Shown: piece after piece, positions 29,866 through 38,656 of the stretch
Position numbering within the stretch: position 1 is the first letter of the stretch
Layout: the number at the start of each line of letters is the position of its first letter
Source: Candidatus Komeilibacteria bacterium
GTDB taxonomy: Bacteria > Patescibacteriota > Patescibacteriia > UBA1558
NCBI GenBank assembly: GCA_048538275.1
Contig: JBLYPW010000001.1
Coordinates: 212,919-276,918 of the forward strand
Direction: 5' to 3'
DNA: 64,000 nt
The notes under the pieces: model-generated
Databases searched by the model: none
What the model saw: the letters and a program-made list of their open reading frames with translations, nothing else
What the model was told of the DNA's origin: nothing
Translations under genes and position numbers: made by a program

Positions 29866-31371
29866 ATGTTTACTAGGCAAATATATATTATTATCTCGGT
29901 TAGCGCCTTTATGCTGGGTATTTATCTGGCGGGGCGTCAGAATATTATTCAGGTAGTGAATTTTAAGATTTTACTGGCCAGTTTTTTTATTATCTCCTTG
30001 GTTTTGTTACCTTGGCGTCGGATGCGTTGGTTTATTGTTATTTTTTTTATGTTGTTGCTGGGTATTTGGCGTTGGCAGATGGTACAGCCGGCCGGCGGTC
30101 TTGGGGATATCAGCAGTTATGGCCAAAAGTTTAGTAGTGACCGCCGGCCGGCTAGTGTTCACTGGCAGGGTCAGATAATAAAAGCTCCGGTTATTAAATC
30201 CGATGCCCAAAGTTTGGTAGTAGCGGCGCAGGTGATAGAAAGAGATGGCCAATATATAGCAGCACAGGGGCAGGTAGCGGTAAAAGCTTTTGTATTTCCC
30301 GAATATCATTATGGTGATTTATTGGATTTGGAGTGCGTTTTGTATCGTCCGGACAAAATTGAAGACTTTGCTTATGACGAATATTTAGCTAAACAAAATA
30401 TTTATACCGCTTGTTATTGGCCAAGAATAAAATTAATAGCGTCGGGGAGGGGATATAAAGTGCAGTCATGGCTGATTGGCGGACAGACAACATTACGAAA
30501 TTTAGTAAAGCAACATTTGGTTGAGCCAGAAGGCGGTTTAATTATGGCTTTGTTATTGGGGGATAAAAGTGATTTAGCTGATGACGTACGCAATGATTTT
30601 CAACGACTAGGTGCGGCTCATATTTTGGCGATTTCTGGCATGCACATCGGTATTATTAGTGGTTTATTGTGGCAATTATTGATTTGGTTGTCTTTACCGC
30701 GTCGCTGGCGAACGGTATTGGCAATTATTTTGATTAGCGCCTTTGTGATTTTAGTGGGCGCGCCACCCTCCGCTATTCGGGCAGCCATTTTATGGTCATT
30801 GATTTTACTGGCTCAATATTATGGTGCCGCGGCGCAAAGTTTGACTGCTTTGGCCATGGCTGCCCTGGCTATGCTGTGGTTTAATCCGCGTTGGCTCTTA
30901 TATGATTTGGGTTGGCAATTGTCATTTATGGCAGTATTGAGTCTATTATTATTCGCTCCCGCCGTAGGCAAGTATTTACGTCAGGAGCCTGGTGGCGAGG
31001 GGTGGCGCGCTTTATTGCAAGCTGGTATTGCCGCTCAAATTATTACCTTGCCCTGGGTAGCCTATAAATTAGGACAAGTATCTCTGTTAAGTTTATTAGC
31101 AAATATTGTGCTAGTACCTCTACTCCCACCCCTTTTGATTTTATCTTTATTATCTATTTTATTTAGTTGGTTGCCGATTGTGGGTCAATTATTGTGGTGG
31201 TTAACTTGGTTATTGAGTCATCAATTATTAGACGCGGCTAGTAATTTGAATAAGATACCATGGGGCGCGTGGCAGAATTTGCATATATCATTGCCCATAG
31301 TTTTGTTTTATTATTTATCGCTACTGACTGCGTATTGTTTTTTGAAAATAAAAAAAAGCCGAGTTGTTTAG
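29866..31371 (+). CDS. comEC: ComEC/Rec2 membrane channel protein (DUF4131 plus competence domain; no MBL domain in this ORF)
   Basis: ..LGDKSDLADDVRNDFQRLGAAHILAISGMHIGII.. competence-domain hallmark; polytopic membrane protein. Confidence 0.8.
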   Translation: MFTRQIYIIISVSAFMLGIYLAGRQNIIQVVNFKILLASFFIISLVLLPWRRMRWFIVIFFMLLLGIWRWQMVQPAGGLGDISSYGQKFSSDRRPASVHWQGQIIKAPVIKSDAQSLVVAAQVIERDGQYIAAQGQVAVKAFVFPEYHYGDLLDLECVLYRPDKIEDFAYDEYLAKQNIYTACYWPRIKLIASGRGYKVQSWLIGGQTTLRNLVKQHLVEPEGGLIMALLLGDKSDLADDVRNDFQRLGAAHILAISGMHIGIISGLLWQLLIWLSLPRRWRTVLAIILISAFVILVGAPPSAIRAAILWSLILLAQYYGAAAQSLTALAMAALAMLWFNPRWLLYDLGWQLSFMAVLSLLLFAPAVGKYLRQEPGGEGWRALLQAGIAAQIITLPWVAYKLGQVSLLSLLANIVLVPLLPPLLILSLLSILFSWLPIVGQLLWWLTWLLSHQLLDAASNLNKIPWGAWQNLHISLPIVLFYYLSLLTAYCFLKIKKSRVV

Positions 31372-31415
31372 TATTCATTATGAAGATAAACGACCCGGCT
31401 TAAATTGATGGGGAA

Positions 31416-31787
31416 TTATATTTTTATATACAGTTTGTTGTTGCCCAGTGGCAGCATATTGTGGAAGGGCGAAGTTTGTTTAGTTTTTTTTCTTCGCTGT
31501 ATACGTATTGTATACGAATTATTTTTCCATATCATGCTCACAGCTACATAGCCGTGTGGGTTGATAAGCGGATTAAGCTGTCGACAAATCGCTTGCGCTT
31601 GAACGCGCTGAAATTCATTGGGCTGGCTGATCGGCGTGAGGTAATAGACATCATCATTCACCTCTCGGTCAAAGCTGAATTGGCCAACCTTTTTGTCGCC
31701 CACTGAAATGATGGCAATTTTTGGGACAAAGCTATTCATTGGCATGGTTTGCTTATTCACTATGACCTCCTTGTACTTTTGTGGCAA
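31416..31787 (-). CDS. hypothetical protein (antisense cassette between the two ComEC-related genes)
   Basis: ORF only; it overlaps the upstream ORF by 35 nt in a different frame, so the two may be one frameshifted gene. Confidence 0.35.
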   Translation of the reverse strand: MPQKYKEVIVNKQTMPMNSFVPKIAIISVGDKKVGQFSFDREVNDDVYYLTPISQPNEFQRVQAQAICRQLNPLINPHGYVAVSMIWKNNSYTIRIQRRKKTKQTSPFHNMLPLGNNKLYIKI

Positions 31788-32130
31788 TGTCCAGTAAGTG
31801 TCGGTTTATATGGATGCCGACGCAATTCTTGACTTCAATGGTCACCCGCCATGCCAAATTTTCCGGTATTAGCAAATGCATATTGCAACCATCTTTCCCT
31901 TTGTGGAACTTGTTATTAAAGCGCCGACAAAAATCTTTCATGAGATTGAGGGAAGGTGGGTTGGTACCGGGCTCAATGTGAACATCACCAGGAAAATCCT
32001 TAGGAAAATAAACGGTAACGTGCTGCTCGGGGTTGAAAAGAACTAAATCCAATTGGCGCTTGTCATGACATTCCAGCACCATAATTGATGTTTTGTCTGC
32101 GCCTACTGTTGATCTGATGGTTTCTGTCAT
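31753..32130 (-). CDS. hypothetical protein (antisense cassette between the two ComEC-related genes)
   Basis: ORF only; no recognisable family. Confidence 0.35.
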   Translation of the reverse strand: MTETIRSTVGADKTSIMVLECHDKRQLDLVLFNPEQHVTVYFPKDFPGDVHIEPGTNPPSLNLMKDFCRRFNNKFHKGKDGCNMHLLIPENLAWRVTIEVKNCVGIHINRHLLDIATKVQGGHSE

Positions 32131-32190
32131 TCGTCCTCCTGTTTTGGTTGTTTAGCTTATCAAAAAACGTATTTTCTAATTTACAATTTT

Positions 32191-33075
32191 ATGAAATATT
32201 TGTCAATAGCGAGTAAAAAATGGCTTTATTATAGTCTGGTTTTGTTTGGTGCTATGTTATTTTTATGGCAGTATAGTATGCAAGCTCAGGCCAATGATGG
32301 CTTGGCTCGTTTTGTGTTTTTGGATGTGGGACAAGGGGATAGTATTTTAATTATCACTTCCGATAATAGAAGAATTTTGGTTGATGGCGGTCCTACTACG
32401 GATCTGGCTAATGATTTGGGTCCGTGGCTCAATCCTCTGGCGCCAAGCATAGATATGATGTTGCTTAGTCACGGACATGATGATCATGTCACAGGTTTTA
32501 TTGATATATTGAGACGCTATCCGGTGGGTCAGGTATTTTATTCTGGAGCAGTTGAGTTTTACGCGCCAGCTTATCGGGCTTGGTTGGGCATTTTAAAAGA
32601 TATTGGCATGAGACCAAAGATGCTTATGGCGGGTCAGGTACTTAATTTTACTAGCGAGGAGAATATAACTATTTTAGCACCACAGGTATCCTGGGACGGG
32701 CAAGAGGCGGATGATTTGAATGATACTTCGGTAGTGGTTAAATATTGTTATAAATTGGTTTGCTTGTTATTAACTGGAGATGCCACCGATGAAGTAGAGC
32801 AAGCTATCTTACATAGTGATCAAGATGTGAGGGCACAAATACTGAAGGTAGCGCATCATGGTAGTCGTTATTCTAGTAGTGTGGAGTGGTTAAGCGCGGT
32901 TAAACCGGCAGTAGCTATTATTCAAGCGGGACAAGACAATTCTTTTGGTCACCCACATACCGAGTTATTACAGCGTTTAGAGTCTCAAAAAATACCCCTA
33001 TTACGGACAGATCAGCAAGGCGAGATCGTCATCATTACTGATGGTGAGAAATGGTGGCAACAGTCGTCCCAGTAG
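32191..33075 (+). CDS. ComEC-related metallo-beta-lactamase-fold protein, encoded separately with its own N-terminal TM
   Basis: FLDVGQGDSILI..; HGHDDHVTG (HxHxDH); ..AHHGSRYS. Confidence 0.8.
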   Translation: MKYLSIASKKWLYYSLVLFGAMLFLWQYSMQAQANDGLARFVFLDVGQGDSILIITSDNRRILVDGGPTTDLANDLGPWLNPLAPSIDMMLLSHGHDDHVTGFIDILRRYPVGQVFYSGAVEFYAPAYRAWLGILKDIGMRPKMLMAGQVLNFTSEENITILAPQVSWDGQEADDLNDTSVVVKYCYKLVCLLLTGDATDEVEQAILHSDQDVRAQILKVAHHGSRYSSSVEWLSAVKPAVAIIQAGQDNSFGHPHTELLQRLESQKIPLLRTDQQGEIVIITDGEKWWQQSSQ

Positions 33076-33127
33076 CTTGCCAGCAGTGATATTTTTCGCT
33101 ATACTGAAAGCAATTGATTAGTTTTTT

Positions 33128-33511
33128 ATGACACCCAAAAACAAGCGGACAATTGTATTGGTGGAGGATGAAGAGATTCTCTCCAATATGTATAAAATGA
33201 AATTAATTAAATCAGGATATGAAGTGCAGACAGCTAATGATGGCAAGGCTGGCTTGGATTTGATAAAGAAAGTTCAGCCGGATGTTGTTTTGCTGGATAT
33301 TATCATGCCCAAATTGGATGGTTTTGCCGTGCTGGAGGCATTGCACCAAGAAGATATTACCAAGGACATCCCTATTATTCTCTTGACTAATTTGGGGCAA
33401 GAAGAAGATATTAAGCGGGGCAAAGAATTGGGAGCGGTCGGTTATTATGTTAAAGCTAATTTGACCCCGGGTGAGTTAGTGGATAAATTAAACAAGTTTA
33501 TTAAGAAATAA
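33128..33511 (+). CDS. stand-alone response-regulator receiver (CheY-like) protein
   Basis: VLVEDEE.., phospho-acceptor context VVLLDIIMPKLDG, K near the C-terminus. Confidence 0.85.
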   Translation: MTPKNKRTIVLVEDEEILSNMYKMKLIKSGYEVQTANDGKAGLDLIKKVQPDVVLLDIIMPKLDGFAVLEALHQEDITKDIPIILLTNLGQEEDIKRGKELGAVGYYVKANLTPGELVDKLNKFIKK

Positions 33512-33523
33512 TTTTTATAAATT

Positions 33524-33985
33524 ATGGAAAAATCATTGATTATATTAAAACCCGATTGCCTACAACGTAATTTATTGGGAGAAATTATTAAACGTTTTGA
33601 AAACAAGGGTTTGAAAATAGCAGCACTAAAAATGGGAAAAATTTCAGATGAACAGATTGATGAACATTATAGCCATCACAAAGATAAGCCATTCTTTGCC
33701 GGGCTTAAAGGTTTTATGCAATCCGGGCCAGTAGTATTTATGGTGGTAGAGGGGTATGAAGCGGTTAGTTCTGTTCGTACCATTGTAGGGCCAACAGTAG
33801 GTAGAAAAGCTGATGCCGGATCTGTTCGGGGTGATTTTTCTATGAGCCATTCTAATAATATTGTACACGCCTCTGATTCATTAGAAACTGCAGAGGTAGA
33901 GATTAAACGATTTTTCCAGGCAGATGAAGTTTTTGATTATTATAAAGATGATTGGAAATGGGTTTATGCTGATGATGAACAATAG
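33524..33985 (+). CDS. ndk: nucleoside diphosphate kinase
   Basis: NDK fold: ..LIILKPD.., GSVRGDF, NIVHASDS. Confidence 0.9.
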   Translation: MEKSLIILKPDCLQRNLLGEIIKRFENKGLKIAALKMGKISDEQIDEHYSHHKDKPFFAGLKGFMQSGPVVFMVVEGYEAVSSVRTIVGPTVGRKADAGSVRGDFSMSHSNNIVHASDSLETAEVEIKRFFQADEVFDYYKDDWKWVYADDEQ

Positions 33986-34007
33986 ATTATAATTTTTTCC
34001 ACATCAT

Positions 34008-34036
34008 GGTCGCTGGACATGTCAGCGACCTTTTGT
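34008..34036 (+). terminator. rho-independent terminator after ndk
   Basis: ggtcgctggacatgtcagcgacc hairpin followed by ttttgtt. Confidence 0.6.
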
Positions 34037-34258
34037 TATCCTAAAATAAAGATAAAAGTTATGTCCTATTTTTATTCCCAAATTATTAGCAAGATTGTTC
34101 GCAACTTTATGTTGTGGGTCTTGGTTTTGGGAAAAAATAGCGGCAGCTAACTTTTATTAGGAAAATATAGTAGAGAATATTAGTTAGCCCGCTGGCTAAT
34201 TTTTTTATTCTGCTACTTTGGTTAGTTCTTTTCAAATCAAACAGCATTGGGAGGTACC

Positions 34259-34534
34259 ATGCAGGACACACATAATGGTCCAGGTTATTTTTTAAGCGAT
34301 GCAGAATATCATCGTTTGGCTCTGCAGGCCATACAAGCTCAGCGGGATGAGCTGGTATGGAAGTATGGCGAGGATAAAATCCAAGCTGATCCGGTTTTAC
34401 GATTGCAGTATCAGGAATTTGAATCCTTGATTGAGCAACATGCGGACAGCGTAGCAACGCCAAGGGGTCAGAGCGGGTCGTCGGCGACTTTGTCATCAGA
34501 AATTGATAATCGTTTAGTTTTTGGGAGGTTTTAA
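34259..34534 (+). CDS. small hypothetical protein (first gene of a coupled two-gene operon)
   Basis: GGAGG RBS 5 nt upstream of the ATG; its stop abuts the ATG of the next ORF; local GC is higher than the flanks. Confidence 0.45.
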   Translation: MQDTHNGPGYFLSDAEYHRLALQAIQAQRDELVWKYGEDKIQADPVLRLQYQEFESLIEQHADSVATPRGQSGSSATLSSEIDNRLVFGRF

Positions 34535-34801
34535 ATGTCAGCGGAAACTGGTTTTGCCATTGTGACAGATAGTTCTGTTGCTAAACAGGAACAATCAACT
34601 AGTGTATTGCGGTTCATTATTTTATCTGAATTAAATAAAATAGAGCATGAATTACGCCAGTTGAAAGACTCAGGAGCAAGTAAGTGTTGTCCAGCCCGTA
34701 AAGAACTGATTCGTAACAAACGTCGTTTGGAAAGCCAGCTACGGCAACAAAAAATCCACGATGCTAATAAGAAATTCAGGCAGGAACCATATTTTGCCTA
34801 A
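34535..34801 (+). CDS. small coiled-coil protein (possibly DUF465/YdcH-like)
   Basis: ..IEHELRQLKDSGAS....KELIRNKRRLESQLRQQK.. pattern; translationally coupled to the upstream ORF. Confidence 0.4.
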   Translation: MSAETGFAIVTDSSVAKQEQSTSVLRFIILSELNKIEHELRQLKDSGASKCCPARKELIRNKRRLESQLRQQKIHDANKKFRQEPYFA

Positions 34802-34818
34802 TTTCAGCTTCAATATTA

Positions 34819-34848
34819 GCCATCTTGTAAAACAAGGTGGCTTTTTTG
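34819..34848 (+). terminator. rho-independent terminator
   Basis: gccatcttg-taaaa-caaggtggc hairpin followed by tttttt. Confidence 0.55.
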
Positions 34849-34877
34849 TTGACCCCAATTTTGTCATTTGTTATAAT
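34849..34877 (+). promoter_or_regulatory. consensus sigma70 promoter (TTGACC-N17-TATAAT)
   Basis: Read directly from the sequence. It drives a region with no conserved CDS. Confidence 0.55.
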
Positions 34878-34885
34878 ATAAATGT

Positions 34886-35140
34886 TCTAATCATGCCGAT
34901 AGATTGAATTTCTACAACCTTTATTTTTAGGGAGTTTGCGTGGATTCAGGTCGTGGTCTGAATTCTAGGACACCCAGCGGCAAAAGTTATGCGTCTTTTG
35001 AGCAAATCGGTTTATACCAATTTTCGTCAAGAGTGCTTAACTGCCCGGATGTTGCAGAAGGACTTCCAATGCGTATCGGTATGATTAGGACGATAAAGAA
35101 TCTCTGTTTATGGGCAGGGATTTTTTATTTGTCAGTAATT
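34886..35140 (+). ncRNA. candidate small RNA, or mRNA for a 74-aa GTG-initiated peptide with a C-terminal TM (34940-35164)
   Basis: A strong promoter directly upstream. An AGGGAG RBS sits 5 nt upstream of the GTG. Internal hairpin ggattcag..ctgaattc. There is no match to tmRNA, RNase P or SRP consensus motifs by eye. Confidence 0.25.
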
Positions 35141-35336
35141 GATTTTTTTGTTATACCGTGGTAATTTATATCTGTTAGAATTATTTTTTTGATGCGGTTT
35201 TATCAGTAAAATTCTACTTGAATAAACTTGATCCTAGAGGTATAAGTGTGTGAGGGAGAGGAACAAGCGCGGTGAGTAGAGTAGAGTAGCTATGACTGGT
35301 TTATAGCTATAAAATGACGAGCCGCGATGACGACGA

Positions 35337-35413
35337 CGGGGTGTAGCGCAGTTGGCTAGCGCGTACGCATGGGGTGCGTGAGGTCGCGGGTTCGAGTCCC
35401 GCCACCCCGACCA
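35337..35413 (+). tRNA. tRNA-Pro (anticodon GGG)
   Basis: Manual cloverleaf: acceptor cggggtg/caccccg, anticodon loop atGGGgt, T arm gcggg-ttcgagt-cccgc, encoded CCA. Confidence 0.8.
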
Positions 35414-35732
35414 GATTAAACTTTTTTCAAAATCAGAGGCGTTTTGTTGCTCGTTCGCCGCGTTTCCGTCCCGCCTGCGCGGGGCTTCGTTCGCATTTTT
35501 CTCTATATTAAGGTTAAAGCTTTGAAATTTTTGCAGATCAAATGAAGCTGTATTTAAATAAGAGGATAAGGCAGTTAATACCATTATTACTTATCTGCAG
35601 GCCAAGCAAATCAAGAGTCAAAACGAGTGATATGTTATAATACTTATATGAATGTTACAATGCTGTATTGGTAAATTTTTATCAAATTTATATTTGTATC
35701 ATTTGCATTGTTAAATTATTAATTACTAATAT

Positions 35733-36128
35733 ATGTCCAAAAAGAAAAATAAAGCTTGGATATGGTGGACCATTGCCATCATTATCGCGATTGGCATCAT
35801 TGTTTATGTGGTCAAGGCAAATCAACAACCGGGTGAGCTGGATGAGTTTGCTCAGTGTATTGATAGCAGTGGCGCTACTTTTTATGGCGCTTTCTGGTGC
35901 CCACATTGTCAGAATCAAAAAAAAGACTTTGGTAGCTCAGCTAAGTATCTGCCTTATATAGAATGTTCTACTCCGGACGGTAAGGGTCAAAAGCAAATTT
36001 GTGATGACGCTGGCATTACTGGGTATCCTACTTGGGAATTTGCCGATGGCAGTCGTCTTAATGGCGAGGTGGCTTTACAAACTCTAGCCGATAAAACCGG
36101 CTGCTCTTTACCAATTAATCAATTATAA
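35733..36128 (+). CDS. membrane-anchored thioredoxin-fold protein (WCPHC active site)
   Basis: N-terminal TM and a CxxC motif, WCPHCQ; adjacent to a DsbB-family gene. Confidence 0.75.
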   Translation: MSKKKNKAWIWWTIAIIIAIGIIVYVVKANQQPGELDEFAQCIDSSGATFYGAFWCPHCQNQKKDFGSSAKYLPYIECSTPDGKGQKQICDDAGITGYPTWEFADGSRLNGEVALQTLADKTGCSLPINQL

Positions 36129-36132
36129 TAAT

Positions 36133-36696
36133 ATGGGAAATTTTAGTCATTATTTTACTTTAGTTTTAGCTTGGGGTACGCTTTTGTTGGATATTGGTAT
36201 AGTAGTTTTATTATTGTGGTGGTTGCTTCAGTTTTTACGTAAGCGACAGCATAAGAATTTGTTGTGTGTTCATAGCTGGCAATGGCTCTCGGCGCATGCT
36301 GGAAAATTAGCTTGGGCATTGGCGGTGTTGGCGACAGCCGGTAGCTTGACCTATTCTGGCATTATTGGTTTTGAACCGTGTCGGCTGTGTTGGTGGCAAA
36401 GAATATTTATGTATCCGCAGGTTATTTTATTATGGTCTGCCTGGCGTGGAAAATTAGCCAATTTGCGATGGTATAGTTTATTGATGGTGGTGATCGGCGC
36501 TGCTATTGCTAAGTACCATTATATTATGCAGCTGGGGTGGGTGAATGCTGGCTCTTGCGATGCGCTTGGTTATTCATCCGCTTGTTCTCAGCGCTTTGTT
36601 TTAAATTTTGGTTATATCACCATACCCATGATGGCAGCTACGGTTTTTGCTGGTATTGCGATTTTGTTGTTAATTAATTGGTGGGAGAATAGATAA
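36133..36696 (+). CDS. disulfide bond formation protein B (DsbB/BdbC family)
   Basis: Four-TM topology, CRLCWWQRIFMYP motif and a second Cys pair (CDALGYSSAC). Confidence 0.75.
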   Translation: MGNFSHYFTLVLAWGTLLLDIGIVVLLLWWLLQFLRKRQHKNLLCVHSWQWLSAHAGKLAWALAVLATAGSLTYSGIIGFEPCRLCWWQRIFMYPQVILLWSAWRGKLANLRWYSLLMVVIGAAIAKYHYIMQLGWVNAGSCDALGYSSACSQRFVLNFGYITIPMMAATVFAGIAILLLINWWENR

Positions 36697-36699
36697 TGT

Positions 36700-37281
36700 A
36701 TGGCTTATCCGAGAAAAGACGCGCCTAGTGATTGGCCGATTGATCCGTTACTAGCCAAGCGTTGGAGCCAGGTTTTGTTCTCTGACAGGCTAATTACAGA
36801 GGAACATATTCATAGCTTATGGGAAGCTGTGCGTTGGACGCCGTCTTCTAGCAATGAACAGCCCTGGCGCATTATTTACGCTACTTGGGATCAGCCGGAA
36901 GCTTTTCAGCAATTAGCTAGTTTGCTAAATAGCGGCAATGCCTTTGCCAAAAAAGCTTATTTATTAGCAGTATTAGCAGGTGTTACTAAGTCGGCCTATA
37001 CAGATAAAAATAAATATGCTGAGCATGACACGGGTGCAGCAATGCAAAGTTTATTATTACAAGCAGCTGCCTTAGGTTTGGCAGCGCATCCCATGGCTGG
37101 TTTTGATCGCCAGCGGGCATTGGTTGCATTACCATGGGATGAAGAAGTGAAGGTTTTGACCATGGTGGCGATTGGTTATCCGGGCGATGAGAAAGAGGCG
37201 ACAGATGATTTATTGGTCAGGCACGGAAATTCACGTCAACGAAAGCAGCAATCTGAGTTTGTTAAATTATTAAAAAAATAA
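36700..37281 (+). CDS. nitroreductase-family protein
   Basis: ..WTPSSSNEQPWRII.. is a nitroreductase-fold signature. Confidence 0.7.
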   Translation: MAYPRKDAPSDWPIDPLLAKRWSQVLFSDRLITEEHIHSLWEAVRWTPSSSNEQPWRIIYATWDQPEAFQQLASLLNSGNAFAKKAYLLAVLAGVTKSAYTDKNKYAEHDTGAAMQSLLLQAAALGLAAHPMAGFDRQRALVALPWDEEVKVLTMVAIGYPGDEKEATDDLLVRHGNSRQRKQQSEFVKLLKK

Positions 37282-37910
37282 TGTCATTACAAAAGAGGAA
37301 TAATGTTTATAAGGTGGTCCGTCGTTCGGTGAACAGCTTGGCGACGGTTATTTTATTGTTTGCGATTTATTATGGTTGGCGGCGGCATTGGCCGGCGGCA
37401 ATTGGTTTTGGTATCTATGGCGTGGGCTTGTTTACGCCTCGTTATTTGTATCAGCGTAGTCATTGGTGGCAGAAAGTTTTTAATCAAGGGATGTTGACCA
37501 CTATGGAGCTTTTGCTTGGCACAGCATTGATTGTATCCAGCTTGGGTTATGTTTGGCTATTTAATGAAGCCAAGTGGTTTAATTTTGATAGTTATGCTCA
37601 TTTCATTATTGTGTTTATGCTAACATTATTATTAGCCATTATTTTAACTATTTGGCAGCATAAAAAAAACAAAGTTCGGGATAAAAAAACTTTGATTATG
37701 CAAACTATAATTTTAGTAATGGTCGGGATGTTTGCTTGGGAATTGTTTGAATTTATCGTATCAACTATTTTGCAAATTGATTTTTATGGACAAATAGGTC
37801 AGCCACTTGATACTTGGTATGATATTTTAGCTGGTATGGCTAGTTTGCCGATATCAGGCCTATTGATTTATAAATATCATGATATTTGGTTAAAACATTG
37901 GCTCGCCTAG
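37281..37910 (+). CDS. polytopic membrane protein, unknown function
   Basis: Multiple hydrophobic helices; ORF only. Confidence 0.4.
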   Translation: MSLQKRNNVYKVVRRSVNSLATVILLFAIYYGWRRHWPAAIGFGIYGVGLFTPRYLYQRSHWWQKVFNQGMLTTMELLLGTALIVSSLGYVWLFNEAKWFNFDSYAHFIIVFMLTLLLAIILTIWQHKKNKVRDKKTLIMQTIILVMVGMFAWELFEFIVSTILQIDFYGQIGQPLDTWYDILAGMASLPISGLLIYKYHDIWLKHWLA

Positions 37911-37951
37911 TAGGACGTGATTTTTTTTGATAAATATTATATAATAAAAGT

Positions 37952-38560
37952 ATGATAAACAAAGGAGCTAAATCAATCATATTTATTTTCGCGGCTTTGC
38001 TTTTGTTGACACCTTTGGCTAGCCAAGCTTTTAGTTGGCATTGGTGGTGGCAGGATGATAGCGAGCCTGTTGTATCGACTCCAGCTCAGCTGACCATGAT
38101 GCAAAAAAATCAAGTCCAGGTTAAGTATGATGCTTGGAATAATGCTTGGCAGAAAAAAGACATTTCTTTGCTATTGCAACAGCCAGAGAATTTACAATGG
38201 AGCGGAGAGGAATTGAATTATATTATTACACAGGCGATCGCGGATGATGAGAATATTCCGGTGCATGATGTACAGATTGCTTTGGCTGATAGGGAAGTGA
38301 CTATTACCGGCACTATACTCAAACCTTTAAGCGGAGATTTTGAATTGGTAGTGCGTCCAGTTTCTTTGGGCAGTGAGTTATATTTTTATGTAGCCAAAGT
38401 TCGTTTCAAAGGTTTTTATTTTCCTAAATTTATCGCCAGTCGTTTGCTGGATAGTTATCTTGAGCCGGTATTGCAATGGCTTTATACAGCGCCTAATTAT
38501 GACACGATAGATTTGCTTAGCAGCGATGATGGCTTGAGCTTATCTTACACTTATCAATAA
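37952..38560 (+). CDS. secreted hypothetical protein
   Basis: Signal peptide; ORF only. Confidence 0.4.
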   Translation: MINKGAKSIIFIFAALLLLTPLASQAFSWHWWWQDDSEPVVSTPAQLTMMQKNQVQVKYDAWNNAWQKKDISLLLQQPENLQWSGEELNYIITQAIADDENIPVHDVQIALADREVTITGTILKPLSGDFELVVRPVSLGSELYFYVAKVRFKGFYFPKFIASRLLDSYLEPVLQWLYTAPNYDTIDLLSSDDGLSLSYTYQ

Positions 38561-38572
38561 TTTTCAGTTTAT

Positions 38573-38606
38573 AAAACCCCGCCGTTAGCAAACGGCGGGG
38601 TTTTTG
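38573..38606. terminator. bidirectional rho-independent terminator between convergent genes
   Basis: aaaaccccgccgtt-agca-aacggcggggtttt. Confidence 0.75.
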
Positions 38607-38656
38607 TAAAGCATTGACTAACTCTAAAATCAGTAGTCTGCCTCAGGCTACTGATT

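Noticed and set aside
34107-34496. A minus-strand 129-aa ORF
   Set aside because: Its translation is Pro/Arg-rich and low-complexity with no RBS. The two plus-strand small ORFs have an RBS and translational coupling and are preferred.
34880-35170. Identification of this promoter-driven region as tmRNA, RNase P RNA or SRP RNA
   Set aside because: None of the conserved cores could be found by eye: no tRNA-like GGGG...CCACCA ends, no RNase P P4 motif AGGAAAGTCCGGGCTCC, no SRP domain IV motif GGAAGCAGCCA. It remains an unassigned candidate only.
35234-35584. A minus-strand 116-aa ORF
   Set aside because: It overlaps a well-formed tRNA-Pro on the plus strand and a GC-rich repeat, so it is spurious.
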